From the NCBI GenBank assembly GCA_016792765.1, contig JAEULD010000051.1:1774-65773 (forward strand): 64,000 bases of DNA, written 5' to 3'. Both the position numbers and the translations under genes were made by a program. The number at the start of each line of letters is the position of its first letter. The stretch's first letter is position 1. The DNA comes from Candidatus Odyssella sp. (GTDB taxonomy: Bacteria > Pseudomonadota > Alphaproteobacteria > Bin65). Of this stretch, positions 46,313-57,930 are shown one piece after another. The notes beneath the pieces are model-generated. The model had not been told where the DNA came from, did no database searches, and saw only the letters and a list, made by a program, of their open reading frames with translations.

Positions 46313-46439
46313 GCGTAGGGGCGGGTCCCCGACCCGCCCGCGTTCGCGCCATGCGGATTCAACCTGGGAGTCGAGCCTTTCCGTCGCGCGCAAAGCATGC
46401 GCCGGCGGAGAGACGGGCGGGTCGGGGACCCGCCCCTAC
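46313..46439. repeat. 127-bp palindromic intergenic element (27-bp perfect terminal inverted repeats, RIME/REP/MITE-like)
   Basis: Left arm CGTAGGGGCGGGTCCCCGACCCGCCCG (46313-46339) is the exact reverse complement of the right arm (46413-46439). Each arm is itself a 9-bp hairpin (GGGCGGGTC-CCC-GACCCGCCC). The core is 73 bp. Confidence 0.85.
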
Positions 46440-46451
46440 GGGGCACGGAGA

Positions 46452-46964
46452 ATGAGCAAAGACCAAAAGACCATCCGCCACACCTTCTCGGTGCTGACCG
46501 ACAACGAGCCCGGCGTCGCCGCGCGCATCATCGGCCTGTTCTCGGGGCGCGGCTACAACATCGACAGCATGACCGTGGCCGAGGTCGACCCCGAGAAGAA
46601 CCTCTCGCGCTTCACGATCGTGACGACCGGCACCGAGATGGTGCTGGAGCAGATTCGGCATCAGTTGGAGCGGCTCGTCTCGTCGCGCGCGGTGAAGGAC
46701 CTCACCGCAGACGGCCCGCACCTCGAGCGCGAACTGGCGCTCATCAAGGTGGCCGGCAAGGACGCCAAGCGCATCGAGGCGCTGCGCCTCGCCGACGTCT
46801 TCCGCGCCCGCGTCGTCGACAGCTCGCTCGAAAGCTTCGTGTTCGAGGTGACCGGCTCCACCGAGAAGGTCAACGCCTTCATCAACCTGATGAAGGAGTT
46901 GGGCATCGTCGAGATCGCCCGCACCGGCGTCGCCGCGATGAGCCGGGGCGCCAAGGGGATGTGA
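46452..46964 (+). CDS. ilvH: acetolactate synthase small (regulatory) subunit
   Basis: 170 aa with an ACT domain, HTFSVLTDNEPGVAARIIGLFSGRGYNIDS. Confidence 0.95.
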   Translation: MSKDQKTIRHTFSVLTDNEPGVAARIIGLFSGRGYNIDSMTVAEVDPEKNLSRFTIVTTGTEMVLEQIRHQLERLVSSRAVKDLTADGPHLERELALIKVAGKDAKRIEALRLADVFRARVVDSSLESFVFEVTGSTEKVNAFINLMKELGIVEIARTGVAAMSRGAKGM

Positions 46965-47040
46965 CGCGCCTCACTTCCGCGCGGCCGGCCCGAAGGCGCT
47001 ATATTGCGTCCGGGGCGCAGCCGCCGGACCCGAGGCGCAC

Positions 47041-47844
47041 ATGCAGACATCGCTCGCCACGCTTGCCGCCGCGATCGCATGCGCGGCCGGTCTCGCTGCG
47101 CCGGCATCCGCCGAGCTCGTGCGGATTCCGCTCCGGCCCGGCGCCGAGCTGCGCATCGCGATCGAGCCGCCCTCCGGGCCGGCCGCGGCCTATGCGCTGC
47201 TGTTCGCGGGCGGGCACGGCAAGATCCAGCTCGACGACGGCGGCCAGCCGCGCGGCCTACGCGGCAATTTCCTGATTCGCGCCCGCCATCATCTGACGGC
47301 GCGCGGCATCGGCATCGTCCTCGTCGACGCGCCGTCGGACTATCAGGGCGAGGCCGGCCTCTGGCCGTACCGCATGCATCACGACTATGCGGGCGACTTG
47401 GGCCAGGCGGTGAACCTCGTGAAGCGCCGCTTCGGCCGGCCGGTGTGGCTGATCGGCACCAGCGCCGGCACGCTCTCGGTCGCCAACGCCGCCGCGCGGC
47501 TGTCGCACGCCAACCGGCCCGACGGGATCGTGTTCACCTCGTCGATCACGCGCCCGCCGCGGCGCCGGCCGATCAGCGTGTTCGACGTGCATCTCGCCGC
47601 CTACACCGGCCCGGCGCTGGTCATGTCGCACGAGCAGGATGGCTGCGCCTCGACGCCGGCCGCCGACGCGCCGCGCCTGCTCGCCGCGCTCGCGGCCGCG
47701 CAGCCGAAGAAGGTGCTGCTGCTCACCGGAGGCGCGCCGCCGCGCAGCGAGCCGTGCGAAGCGCAATCGCAGCACGGCTTCCTCGGCATCGAAGCGCAGG
47801 CGATGAACGCGATCGCGGATTTCATCCTGCGGCCGGGAAACTAG
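47041..47844 (+). CDS. secreted alpha/beta-hydrolase-fold protein
   Basis: 267 aa with a signal peptide ending PASAEL and a nucleophile-elbow-like GTSAG. The family assignment is general only. Confidence 0.65.
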   Translation: MQTSLATLAAAIACAAGLAAPASAELVRIPLRPGAELRIAIEPPSGPAAAYALLFAGGHGKIQLDDGGQPRGLRGNFLIRARHHLTARGIGIVLVDAPSDYQGEAGLWPYRMHHDYAGDLGQAVNLVKRRFGRPVWLIGTSAGTLSVANAAARLSHANRPDGIVFTSSITRPPRRRPISVFDVHLAAYTGPALVMSHEQDGCASTPAADAPRLLAALAAAQPKKVLLLTGGAPPRSEPCEAQSQHGFLGIEAQAMNAIADFILRPGN

Positions 47845-48016
47845 GCGCACCTCTCCGCCGGCAGCGCGCTCGACCATTGACAGCGGGCGGCGGAGCCGTC
47901 ATTGCTCCGCCCCATGTTTGCGTCCGCCCTCAGCCGCCCGAACGCCCGCGCGCGACGCCGCTCGCCGGGGGCCAGGTGCGCGCGCGCGTAAACGTCTCTT
48001 GACGACCGCATCCGCC

Positions 48017-48048
48017 AGCCCCCGCCGCTCCGCGCCGGGGGCTTTTTC
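48017..48048 (+). terminator. intrinsic terminator (orphan position)
   Basis: AGCCCCCG-(11 nt)-CGGGGGCT followed by TTTTT CG. It lies ~170 nt after the hydrolase stop and ~45 nt before the argD-like start. Confidence 0.55.
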
Positions 48049-48090
48049 GTGTCCGCGCGCGCCGGCATTGACCGCAGAAGGAAACCAGCG

Positions 48091-49281
48091 ATGACCCAAA
48101 CCGACACGTCCGCGCTCATGGAGATCACCAGCCGGCCCCCGATCGTCTTTACCGAGGGGCAGGGCTCGTGGCTCACCGACAGCGCCGGAAAGCGCTATCT
48201 CGATTTCGTGCAGGGCTGGGCGGTCAACTGCCTCGGCCATTCGCCGAAGCCGATCGTCGACGCGCTCGCCGGGCAGGCCGCGCGCCTCATCAATTGCAGC
48301 CCGGCCTATTTCAACGAGCCGATGGCGCGCCTCGCGGCGATGATCGCCGAAGCGAGCGGCCTCGAGCAGGTGTTCTTCACCAACAGCGGCGCCGAGGCCA
48401 ACGAAGGCGCCATCAAGCTCGCGCGCAAATGGGGCGCGATCCATCGCGGCGGCGCCTACGAGATCGTCACGATGGACCACGGCTTCCACGGCCGCACGCT
48501 GGCCACGATGTCGGCTTCGGGCAAGGCCGGCTGGGACAGGCTGTTCGAGCCCAAGGTGCCGGGCTTCCCCAAGGTGCCGCTCAACGACCTCGCCGCGGTC
48601 GAGCGCGCGATCGGTCCGAAGACGGTCGCGGTGATGCTCGAGCCGATCCAGGGCGAGGCCGGCGTCTACGCGGCGACCGATGCGTTCCTCCGCGATCTGC
48701 GCGCGCTGACGAAGCAGCGCGGCATCCTGCTGATCCTCGACGAGATCCAGACTGGCGTCGGCCGCACCGGGCGGATGTTCGGCTTCCAGCATACCGGAGT
48801 GACGCCCGACATCATGACGCTCGGCAAGGGCCTCGGCGGCGGCGTGCCGCTCGCGGCGCTGGTCGCGAAGCGCGAGGTGATGTGCTTCGCGCATGGCGAT
48901 CAGGGCGGCACCTTCAACGGCAATCCGCTGATGACCGCGGCCGGCATCGCCGTGATGGAGGAGCTGAGCAGGCCCGGCTTCCTGGCGCAGGTGGCCGAGA
49001 CCGGCGCCTACCTCGCCGATGCCTTGGCGAAGCTTTCGCAGAAACACGGCTGCGGCGGCGTGCGCGGCCGAGGGCTGCTGCTGGCGCTCGACCTCGAGCG
49101 GCCGATCGGCTCGCAGCTGGTCGAGCGCGCGCGCGACAAAGGCCTGCTGATCAACGCGCCGCGGCCGGATTGCCTGCGGTTCATGCCGGCGCTGACCGTG
49201 AGCAAGGCCGAGATCGACATAATGATCGAAGTTCTCGACGGCGTGATGGCCGAAGTCGCCGCGCCGGCGATGGCGAAGTAG
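48091..49281 (+). CDS. acetylornithine-type class-III aminotransferase (ArgD-like)
   Basis: ATG 48091 ([12 protein letters not shown]...) is preceded by GAAGGAAACC. It has [32 protein letters not shown], and PLP-Lys in [12 protein letters not shown]. Confidence 0.88.
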   Translation: MTQTDTSALMEITSRPPIVFTEGQGSWLTDSAGKRYLDFVQGWAVNCLGHSPKPIVDALAGQAARLINCSPAYFNEPMARLAAMIAEASGLEQVFFTNSGAEANEGAIKLARKWGAIHRGGAYEIVTMDHGFHGRTLATMSASGKAGWDRLFEPKVPGFPKVPLNDLAAVERAIGPKTVAVMLEPIQGEAGVYAATDAFLRDLRALTKQRGILLILDEIQTGVGRTGRMFGFQHTGVTPDIMTLGKGLGGGVPLAALVAKREVMCFAHGDQGGTFNGNPLMTAAGIAVMEELSRPGFLAQVAETGAYLADALAKLSQKHGCGGVRGRGLLLALDLERPIGSQLVERARDKGLLINAPRPDCLRFMPALTVSKAEIDIMIEVLDGVMAEVAAPAMAK

Positions 49282-49288
49282 GACCGCG

Positions 49289-50512
49289 CTATTCGGCGGG
49301 CGCGGGCACCGGCACCGGCCGGGTCTGCGCCTCGCCCGGGAGCAGCGCGATGAACGCGACCGTGCAGGCCGAGATCGCGGCCATCGCGAGCAGCAGCGTC
49401 GTGAAGCCCGAGGCCTTCACGAGCGGCCCGAGCAGCCACACGGCGAACGAGCTCACGCCGAGGCCGATCGCGAGGCGCAGGCCGGTGACGCGGCTGCGCA
49501 TCGCGTCGTCGACATAACGCACGATCATCGCATCGATGAACGGGATCGCGCCGAACACGAACGCCATGAAGCCGATCGCCAGCGCCCACAGCGCCCAGCC
49601 GTCGCTGAACGCGGCGAGCGCGAACAGCGGCACCTGCACGCACGCGATCCCGAGGTAGAGCCGCTTCAGCGGGTGCTTGTCGATGAGCCGCCCGACGATG
49701 AGCTGCGCGAAAGAGCCGACGCCGTACACCGCGGCGAGCAGTATGCCGAGCGTCGCCGGGTCCTCGACGATTCCGCGGAAGCGCTCGCGCAGCAATTCGC
49801 CGTTGCCGTTGGTCGTGAAATTGAAAATCAGATTGGCGGTCACCGCCGTCGCCGTCATCACGAACACGATGCGCAGCATCACCGCGCGCGGCAGCGGCTG
49901 GGTCGTGCGCGGGCGCTTGGCCGGCGCCATCGCCTCCTTGGGCGTCAGCATCAGAAACAGCACGCCGCATAGCATCGAAATCACGCCGGGCACGATGAAC
50001 GCCATGCGCCAGCCGAAGAACTTGACGAGCAGGCCGGTCAGCAGCGCGGCCGAGGCGATGCCGAGGTTGCCGGCAAGGCCGTTGATGCCGATCGTGAGGC
50101 CGGGGCGCTGCGCGTTCTGCACCAGCATCGGAATGCCGACCGGGTGATAGATCGCGGCGAACGTGCCGAGCACCGTCAGCGCCGCCGCCATCTGCCAGGC
50201 GTTCTGCGTCGCCGCCACGAGGAACGACGAGGCGCCGATGCCGAAGAAGAAGATCACCATCATCGCGCGCCGGCCCCAGAGATCGCCGAGCCGCCCGGCC
50301 GGCATCGAGGCGAGGCCGAACATCACGAAGGCCCCGACCGTGTAGGGCATGAGGTCTTCCCAGCGCGCGAGCGCGAAATCGGCGGCGATGGCCGAAACCG
50401 CGGTGGCGAAGATCAGCAGAAACAGATGATCGAGCGCGTGGCCGATATTGAGCAGCAGCGCCAGCGGGCTGGCGTTGCTCATGTGCGAGGCGGGTTGGGC
50501 GTCGGCGGCCAT
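49289..50512 (-). CDS. MFS transporter
   Basis: 407 aa with a 12-TM profile and an MFS loop motif GRLGDLWGRR. Confidence 0.88.
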   Translation of the reverse strand: MAADAQPASHMSNASPLALLLNIGHALDHLFLLIFATAVSAIAADFALARWEDLMPYTVGAFVMFGLASMPAGRLGDLWGRRAMMVIFFFGIGASSFLVAATQNAWQMAAALTVLGTFAAIYHPVGIPMLVQNAQRPGLTIGINGLAGNLGIASAALLTGLLVKFFGWRMAFIVPGVISMLCGVLFLMLTPKEAMAPAKRPRTTQPLPRAVMLRIVFVMTATAVTANLIFNFTTNGNGELLRERFRGIVEDPATLGILLAAVYGVGSFAQLIVGRLIDKHPLKRLYLGIACVQVPLFALAAFSDGWALWALAIGFMAFVFGAIPFIDAMIVRYVDDAMRSRVTGLRLAIGLGVSSFAVWLLGPLVKASGFTTLLLAMAAISACTVAFIALLPGEAQTRPVPVPAPAE

Positions 50513-50624
50513 GGGGCTCGGGGCGGTTGCGGGCGCGGATACTAGCGCAACGGTTCGCGTCCGGCCCGTCCAAAGTGCGGGTCTGGGCGCAGGCCGTCCA
50601 TGCGCGCACGCGCCCGAATGGCGA

Positions 50625-51401
50625 TCAGGCGTAGACCTTCCAGAAGTAATACGCGGTCAGCGCCACGGCGATCGCCAGGATCGCCAGCCGCAGCTTGGCG
50701 GGATCGATGCGCTGCGCGAGGCGCGCGCCCCAGTAGCCGCCGGGCAGGGCGCCGGCCATCATCGCCACGGTCTCGCGCCAGGCGATGGCGCCGGCCGCGA
50801 CGAACACCGCGACCGACACGGTCGTCATCACCGTGACGACGAGGTTCTTGAGCGCCACGCTCTTGCGCACGTCGGCGATGCCCGTGATCGCGTGGCCGGC
50901 CATGATCATGAACGCGGCGCCGGCGCCGAAGTAGCCGCCGTAGATCGCGATGGCGGTTTCCAGCGCGAGGGCGAGGGCCAGCGCGAGGCCCGTGCCGCGC
51001 GCACCGCGGCCCGGCGCGAGCCGCTGCGTGGCCGCCACCAGCCTGCCGCCGAACGCGAACAGCAGGGTCGCGAACAGCATCAGCCACGGGATCAGGCCGG
51101 TGAAGACGCGCTCCTTGGTGACGAGCAGCAGCCATGCCCCGGCCAGGCTGCCGAGCGCCGCGACCAGGCAGGCACGCAGCAGGCGCGGGCGCAACTGGGC
51201 CAGCTCGCGCCGACCGGCCCAGACGCTCGGAAAGCGGCCGGGGTAGAGCGCCACCGCGCTCGAGGCATTGGCCGTCACCGGCGGCAGGCCGACCTCGAGC
51301 ATCGCGGGAAAAGTGAAGAACGTGCCGCCGCCGGCCAAGGCGTTGCCGGCCCCGCCCAGCAGGCCGGCGGCGACGAGGAGGGCGATGTCGAAGGCGTTCA
51401 A
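50625..51401 (-). CDS. TauE/SafE family sulfite/anion exporter
   Basis: Hydrophobic 7-8 TM protein (GGGTFFTFPAML...). There is no in-frame ATG near the first TM helix, so TTG 51401 is proposed inside track ORF 50625..51641. The start is uncertain. Confidence 0.75.
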   Translation of the reverse strand: MNAFDIALLVAAGLLGGAGNALAGGGTFFTFPAMLEVGLPPVTANASSAVALYPGRFPSVWAGRRELAQLRPRLLRACLVAALGSLAGAWLLLVTKERVFTGLIPWLMLFATLLFAFGGRLVAATQRLAPGRGARGTGLALALALALETAIAIYGGYFGAGAAFMIMAGHAITGIADVRKSVALKNLVVTVMTTVSVAVFVAAGAIAWRETVAMMAGALPGGYWGARLAQRIDPAKLRLAILAIAVALTAYYFWKVYA

Positions 51402-51433
51402 GGGCGATGATCCGAGGGCTCGTGCTGTTCTAG

Positions 51434-52666
<1,233 letters not shown>

Positions 52667-52740
52667 GAAGCCCGCATCGGATTGTTCCGCCGCGTCGCTT
52701 GGCGTAAGATGGTCGGGCGACTTCCGGAGGGACTGCGCCC

Positions 52741-53235
52741 ATGTTGCCGGGCGTCATCGAGTTCGTCCTCGCGGCCATCGGTGCGGTGGTGTTCGGCACC
52801 TTTGCCGAATACTTCATTCACCGTGCGATGCATTGGGGCGTCCTGCATCCCGAGGGGCACGCGCGGCATCACGAGTTGAACGAGGCGCGCACCTTCCTGC
52901 TCGACTTCGTCGACTACGGCATTGGCGCTGCGCTGCTCGGCTGGTTCGGATTTCTCGTCTCGTGGACGAGCGGCGCGGGCTGGGCCACGGGCGCCGCGAT
53001 CTACACCGTGCTCGCGTCCTATTCGCACCAGATCCAGCACGCGAACGCCGACCTCGTCTTCTGGATGAAGCGGCCGGTCCATCGGCTGCACCATAATCTC
53101 GACATGCGCGACAAGAATTTCGGCATTCTCGTCGACTGGTGGGATCGGCTGTTCGGAACCTATCGGTCGGTCGAGTACCTGCGCGACGCGCGGCCGCGGC
53201 GCGCGCGCGATTTTCTCGCCATCCCGTGGCGCTGA
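52741..53235 (+). CDS. fatty acid hydroxylase / sterol desaturase family membrane protein
   Basis: 164 aa with histidine boxes HRAMH, HARHH, HQIQH, and HRLHH. Confidence 0.75.
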   Translation: MLPGVIEFVLAAIGAVVFGTFAEYFIHRAMHWGVLHPEGHARHHELNEARTFLLDFVDYGIGAALLGWFGFLVSWTSGAGWATGAAIYTVLASYSHQIQHANADLVFWMKRPVHRLHHNLDMRDKNFGILVDWWDRLFGTYRSVEYLRDARPRRARDFLAIPWR

Positions 53236-53453
53236 AGCCGATCGGAAATTCTCATGGTGCGGCGCAGCGCGCCGCGGCATCGCGGAGATGGGGAAAACGC
53301 AGAAATTTCCGCCGGATCTCCGCGCAAATCATTGAAAGTTAATCGGCGTTCGGTTATCTGTACTCAAGAACGCGGCGCAATAATGCTAATGCATTGATTC
53401 CGCCGCGATTCGACCCGAAGAGCGGGGAAAACGTGAGCGTGCAGCGCGGCAAG

Positions 53454-53564
53454 ATGCGGACATCGAACGCCGGTGCGATCAGCGCCGGTGCCGCCGCGCG
53501 TGCCCATGCCGCGTCGCGCGACCTCGCGCTTGCCGGCGGACTCCTTCGACTTATTCGCCCCTGA
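53454..53564 (+). promoter_or_regulatory. candidate leuA leader peptide ORF (36 aa; 43 aa if GTG 53433)
   Basis: Translation is MRTSNAGAISAGAAARAHAASRDLALAGGLLRLIRP*. Five Leu and one Ile fall in the last 13 codons, using locally unusual codons (CTT x3, ATT, CGA). The stop TGA lies inside the 5' arm of the following hairpin. Confidence 0.3.
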
Positions 53565-53610
53565 ATGCGACCGTGGCGCGGGCCAAGGCCCGTGCGCGAT
53601 CATTCAGGGG
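53558..53610 (+). promoter_or_regulatory. leuA leader hairpin
   Basis: CCCCTGAATG (53558-53567) pairs perfectly with CATTCAGGGG (53601-53610), with an additional GC-rich inner stem (GCGCGGGCC/GGCCCGTGCGC). There is no U-tract. It lies 44 nt upstream of the leuA ATG. Confidence 0.45.
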
Positions 53611-53653
53611 ACGAAGCCGCTGATCGAAGGACCATCCGCTTTGTGCAAGGAAC

Positions 53654-55222
53654 ATGACTATGACCGCATCGCGCGACTCGAACCGAGTCATCGTTTTCGA
53701 CACCACGCTGCGTGACGGCGAGCAATCGCCGGGCGCGGCGATGAACATGGACGAAAAGATCCGCATCGCCCAGGCGCTCGACGAAATGGGCGTCGACGTG
53801 ATCGAAGCCGGCTTCCCGATCTCGTCGCAGGGCGATTTCGAGGCCGTCAGGGCCATCGCGGGCCTCGTCAAGAACGCGCAGGTCGCCGGCCTCTCGCGCG
53901 CCGCCGACCGCGACATCGACCGCAACTGGGAAGCGCTCCAGCACGCCAAGCGCCCGCGCATCCACACCTTCATCTCCACCAGCCCGCTGCACATGAAGTA
54001 CAAGCTGCAGATGGGCCCCAACGCGGTGCTCGAGGCGGTCGGCCGCTCGGTCGCGCGCGCGCGCAATCTCTGCGAAGACGTCGAGTGGTCGGCGGAAGAC
54101 GGCAGCCGCACCGAGGCGGATTTCCTCTGCCGCTGCGTCGAGAGCGCCATCCATCACGGCGCGCGCACGATCAACATCCCGGACACGGTCGGCTACGCGG
54201 TTCCCGACGAGTACGCGGACCTCATCAAGATGCTGCTGAACCGCGTGCCCAACATCGACAAGGCCGTGCTCTCGGTGCACTGCCACAACGATCTCGGCCT
54301 CGCCGTCGCCAATTCGCTCGCCGCCGTCAAGGCCGGCGCGCGCCAGGTGGAGTGCACGATCAACGGCCTCGGCGAGCGCGCGGGCAACGCGGCGCTCGAG
54401 GAGATCGTGATGGCGCTGCGGACGCGCCAGAACTCGCTGCCCTACAAGACCGGCGTCAAGACCGAGCACATCACGAAGGTGTCGCGCCTTGTCTCGACGA
54501 TCACCGGCTTCCCGGTTCAGCCCAACAAGGCCATCGTCGGCGCCAACGCGTTCGCGCACGAATCCGGCATCCACCAGGACGGCGTGCTGAAGCACGCGGC
54601 GACCTACGAGATCATGACGCCCGAGAGCGTCGGCCTCACGAAGTCGAACATCGTGCTCGGCAAGCTCTCCGGCCGCCACGCGTTCAAGGACAAGCTCGCC
54701 CAGCTCGGTTTCGAGCCCGACGACGCGGAGCTCAACGAGGCGTTCAAGCGCTTCAAGGACCTGGCCGACAAGAAGCGCGAGATCTTCGACGAGGACATCG
54801 TCGCGCTCATCGACGATTCGCGCAGCATTGCGAGCCAGCGCATCCGGTTCGTGTCGCTGCAGGTCGTCGCCGGCTCGAAGGGCCCCCAGCTCGCCGATCT
54901 CGAGCTCGAGATCGACGGCAAGGTCGAGAACGTGCAGGCCCGCGGCAACGGCCCGGTCGACGCGATCTTCAACGCGATCCGAAAGCTGGTGCCGCACACC
55001 GCAGTGCTGCAGCTCTATCAGGTGCATGCCGTGACCGGCGGCACCGACGCGCAGGCCGAAGTGACGGTCCGGCTCGAGGAAGAGGGCAAGACCGTGAACG
55101 GCCAGGGCGCCGACGCCGACACGCTCGTCGCGTCGTGCCGCGCGTATGTGCATGCTCTTAACAAACTCCTCGTAAAACGGGAGAAACGCGAGCCGCCGGC
55201 CATGACCGCAACGGCGCGCTAA
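53654..55222 (+). CDS. leuA: 2-isopropylmalate synthase
   Basis: 522 aa with [26 protein letters not shown], and a C-terminal LeuA dimerisation/regulatory domain. Confidence 0.97.
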   Translation: MTMTASRDSNRVIVFDTTLRDGEQSPGAAMNMDEKIRIAQALDEMGVDVIEAGFPISSQGDFEAVRAIAGLVKNAQVAGLSRAADRDIDRNWEALQHAKRPRIHTFISTSPLHMKYKLQMGPNAVLEAVGRSVARARNLCEDVEWSAEDGSRTEADFLCRCVESAIHHGARTINIPDTVGYAVPDEYADLIKMLLNRVPNIDKAVLSVHCHNDLGLAVANSLAAVKAGARQVECTINGLGERAGNAALEEIVMALRTRQNSLPYKTGVKTEHITKVSRLVSTITGFPVQPNKAIVGANAFAHESGIHQDGVLKHAATYEIMTPESVGLTKSNIVLGKLSGRHAFKDKLAQLGFEPDDAELNEAFKRFKDLADKKREIFDEDIVALIDDSRSIASQRIRFVSLQVVAGSKGPQLADLELEIDGKVENVQARGNGPVDAIFNAIRKLVPHTAVLQLYQVHAVTGGTDAQAEVTVRLEEEGKTVNGQGADADTLVASCRAYVHALNKLLVKREKREPPAMTATAR

Positions 55223-55262
55223 ACGGACGTTTAAGGATGTACCTAGGCAAGGTTCTTCATAA

Positions 55263-56423
<1,161 letters not shown>

Positions 56424-56512
56424 TCCGCATACGGTCACGGGCGCGGCCCCCCACGCGCCCGCCGCCGTTGCAGAGAGGCGCCGGCGAGCGCCAACGGGGA
56501 GGGTGAAGCGAC

Positions 56513-57421
56513 GTGGCGACGCGCGCGAGACCGTCCGGCCGGCTTTGGCTGGTCCGCCTGTGGCTGCAGCGCTTCGCGTTTCTGTTGCTGCTGGCGGCCG
56601 CCTTCGCGCTGCTGGCGCTGGGCCGCGTCGAGGCGCCCTGGGCCGGCAAGCTGCGCGCGGGCCTGCTCGACGCCATCGCCCCGGTCGCCCACGCGCTGTC
56701 GTTGCCCGGTCGCGCCGTCTCCGACTGGTTCGGGTCGGTCAAGGACACCGCGCAGCTCCAGCGCCAGAACGCCGAGCTCAAGGCCGAAATCGAAAGCCTG
56801 AAGCTGCGCCTGACCGCGCTCGACGAGCTCGCGCGCGAGAACGGCGAATTCCGCAAACTGCTCGGCATCCAGATCCACGACGAAGGCCGGCACATCGCCG
56901 CCCGCGTGATCGCCGATCCCGGCGGCCCCTATGTGCGCTCGGTGCTGGTGCGCGCCGGCCATCGCGACGGCGTTCGCAAGGGCCGCGCCGTCATCACCGC
57001 CCAAGGCCTGGTCGGGCGCGTCACCGAGGTGGGAGAGTTCACGTCGCGCGTCATGCTCATCACCGACCTCAATTCGCGCACCGCCGTCATCATCGGCAAT
57101 TCGGGCGAGCGGGCGATCATGACCGGCGCCAATGCCGATCTGCCGCGCCTGCTGCACCTCGGCCGCAGCGGCGCCGTCGCCAAGGGCGACAAGGTGATGA
57201 CCTCGGGCCACGACGGCATCCTGCCGCCGGGCCTTCCGGTGGGCGATGTCGTCGAGGTCGGTCCCGGCGGCATTCGGGTCCGGCCGGCCGTCGACATGCA
57301 GTCGCTGGGCTTCGTGCGCATCATCGACCACGACATGCCGGGGCTGCTGCCGCCGCCGGGCGAGAAGACCGCGGAGCGCGCCGCGCCGCGGCGCAGCCGC
57401 TACGACGGCGGCTCGCCATGA
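56513..57421 (+). CDS. mreC: rod shape-determining protein MreC
   Basis: 302 aa from a GTG start, with a TM helix, a coiled coil, and GLVGRVTEV beta-domains. Confidence 0.9.
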   Translation: MATRARPSGRLWLVRLWLQRFAFLLLLAAAFALLALGRVEAPWAGKLRAGLLDAIAPVAHALSLPGRAVSDWFGSVKDTAQLQRQNAELKAEIESLKLRLTALDELARENGEFRKLLGIQIHDEGRHIAARVIADPGGPYVRSVLVRAGHRDGVRKGRAVITAQGLVGRVTEVGEFTSRVMLITDLNSRTAVIIGNSGERAIMTGANADLPRLLHLGRSGAVAKGDKVMTSGHDGILPPGLPVGDVVEVGPGGIRVRPAVDMQSLGFVRIIDHDMPGLLPPPGEKTAERAAPRRSRYDGGSP

Positions 57422-57930
57422 TCGCAGCGCCCGTGCGCCGCGTGCACTGGTATACGCAGATCGCGCCCGTCGCGACGGTGATCGCCGCGGTGCTGCTCGA
57501 TCTGCTCTGGATCCCCGTTCCGGGCTTCAACGCCGTGGCGCCGGCCTTCGCGGTGATGGCGGTGTATTGCTGGGCGGTCTGGCGCCCCGAATACCTGCCC
57601 TACACCGGCGTCTTCGTCGCGGGGCTGCTCGAAGACCTCGTGCGCGGCACGCCGCTCGGCGCCGGCGCGCTTGCGCTGCTCGCCGCCCAGGGCTTCGTCT
57701 GGGCGCAGCAGCGCCTGCTGCGCTCGCGCAGCTTCGAAGTGATGTGGCTCGGCTTCGCCGTGGCCGCGCTGCTGGCGGCGGTCATTTCCTGGGCGGCCGT
57801 CGCCTTCTCCTATCGCGCCGTCCTCTCGCCGTGGCCGGGCGCGATGCAATACGTGCTCACCGTCGCCGCGTTTCCCGCGCTGGCGCTGCTGCTGATGCGC
57901 ATCGAGCGCGGAATGCCGAGGCCGGCATGA
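57418..57930 (+). CDS. mreD: rod shape-determining protein MreD
   Basis: 170 aa polytopic protein in the frame of track ORF 56503..57930. Its start has an ATGA overlap with the mreC stop. Confidence 0.85.
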   Translation: MIAAPVRRVHWYTQIAPVATVIAAVLLDLLWIPVPGFNAVAPAFAVMAVYCWAVWRPEYLPYTGVFVAGLLEDLVRGTPLGAGALALLAAQGFVWAQQRLLRSRSFEVMWLGFAVAALLAAVISWAAVAFSYRAVLSPWPGAMQYVLTVAAFPALALLLMRIERGMPRPA

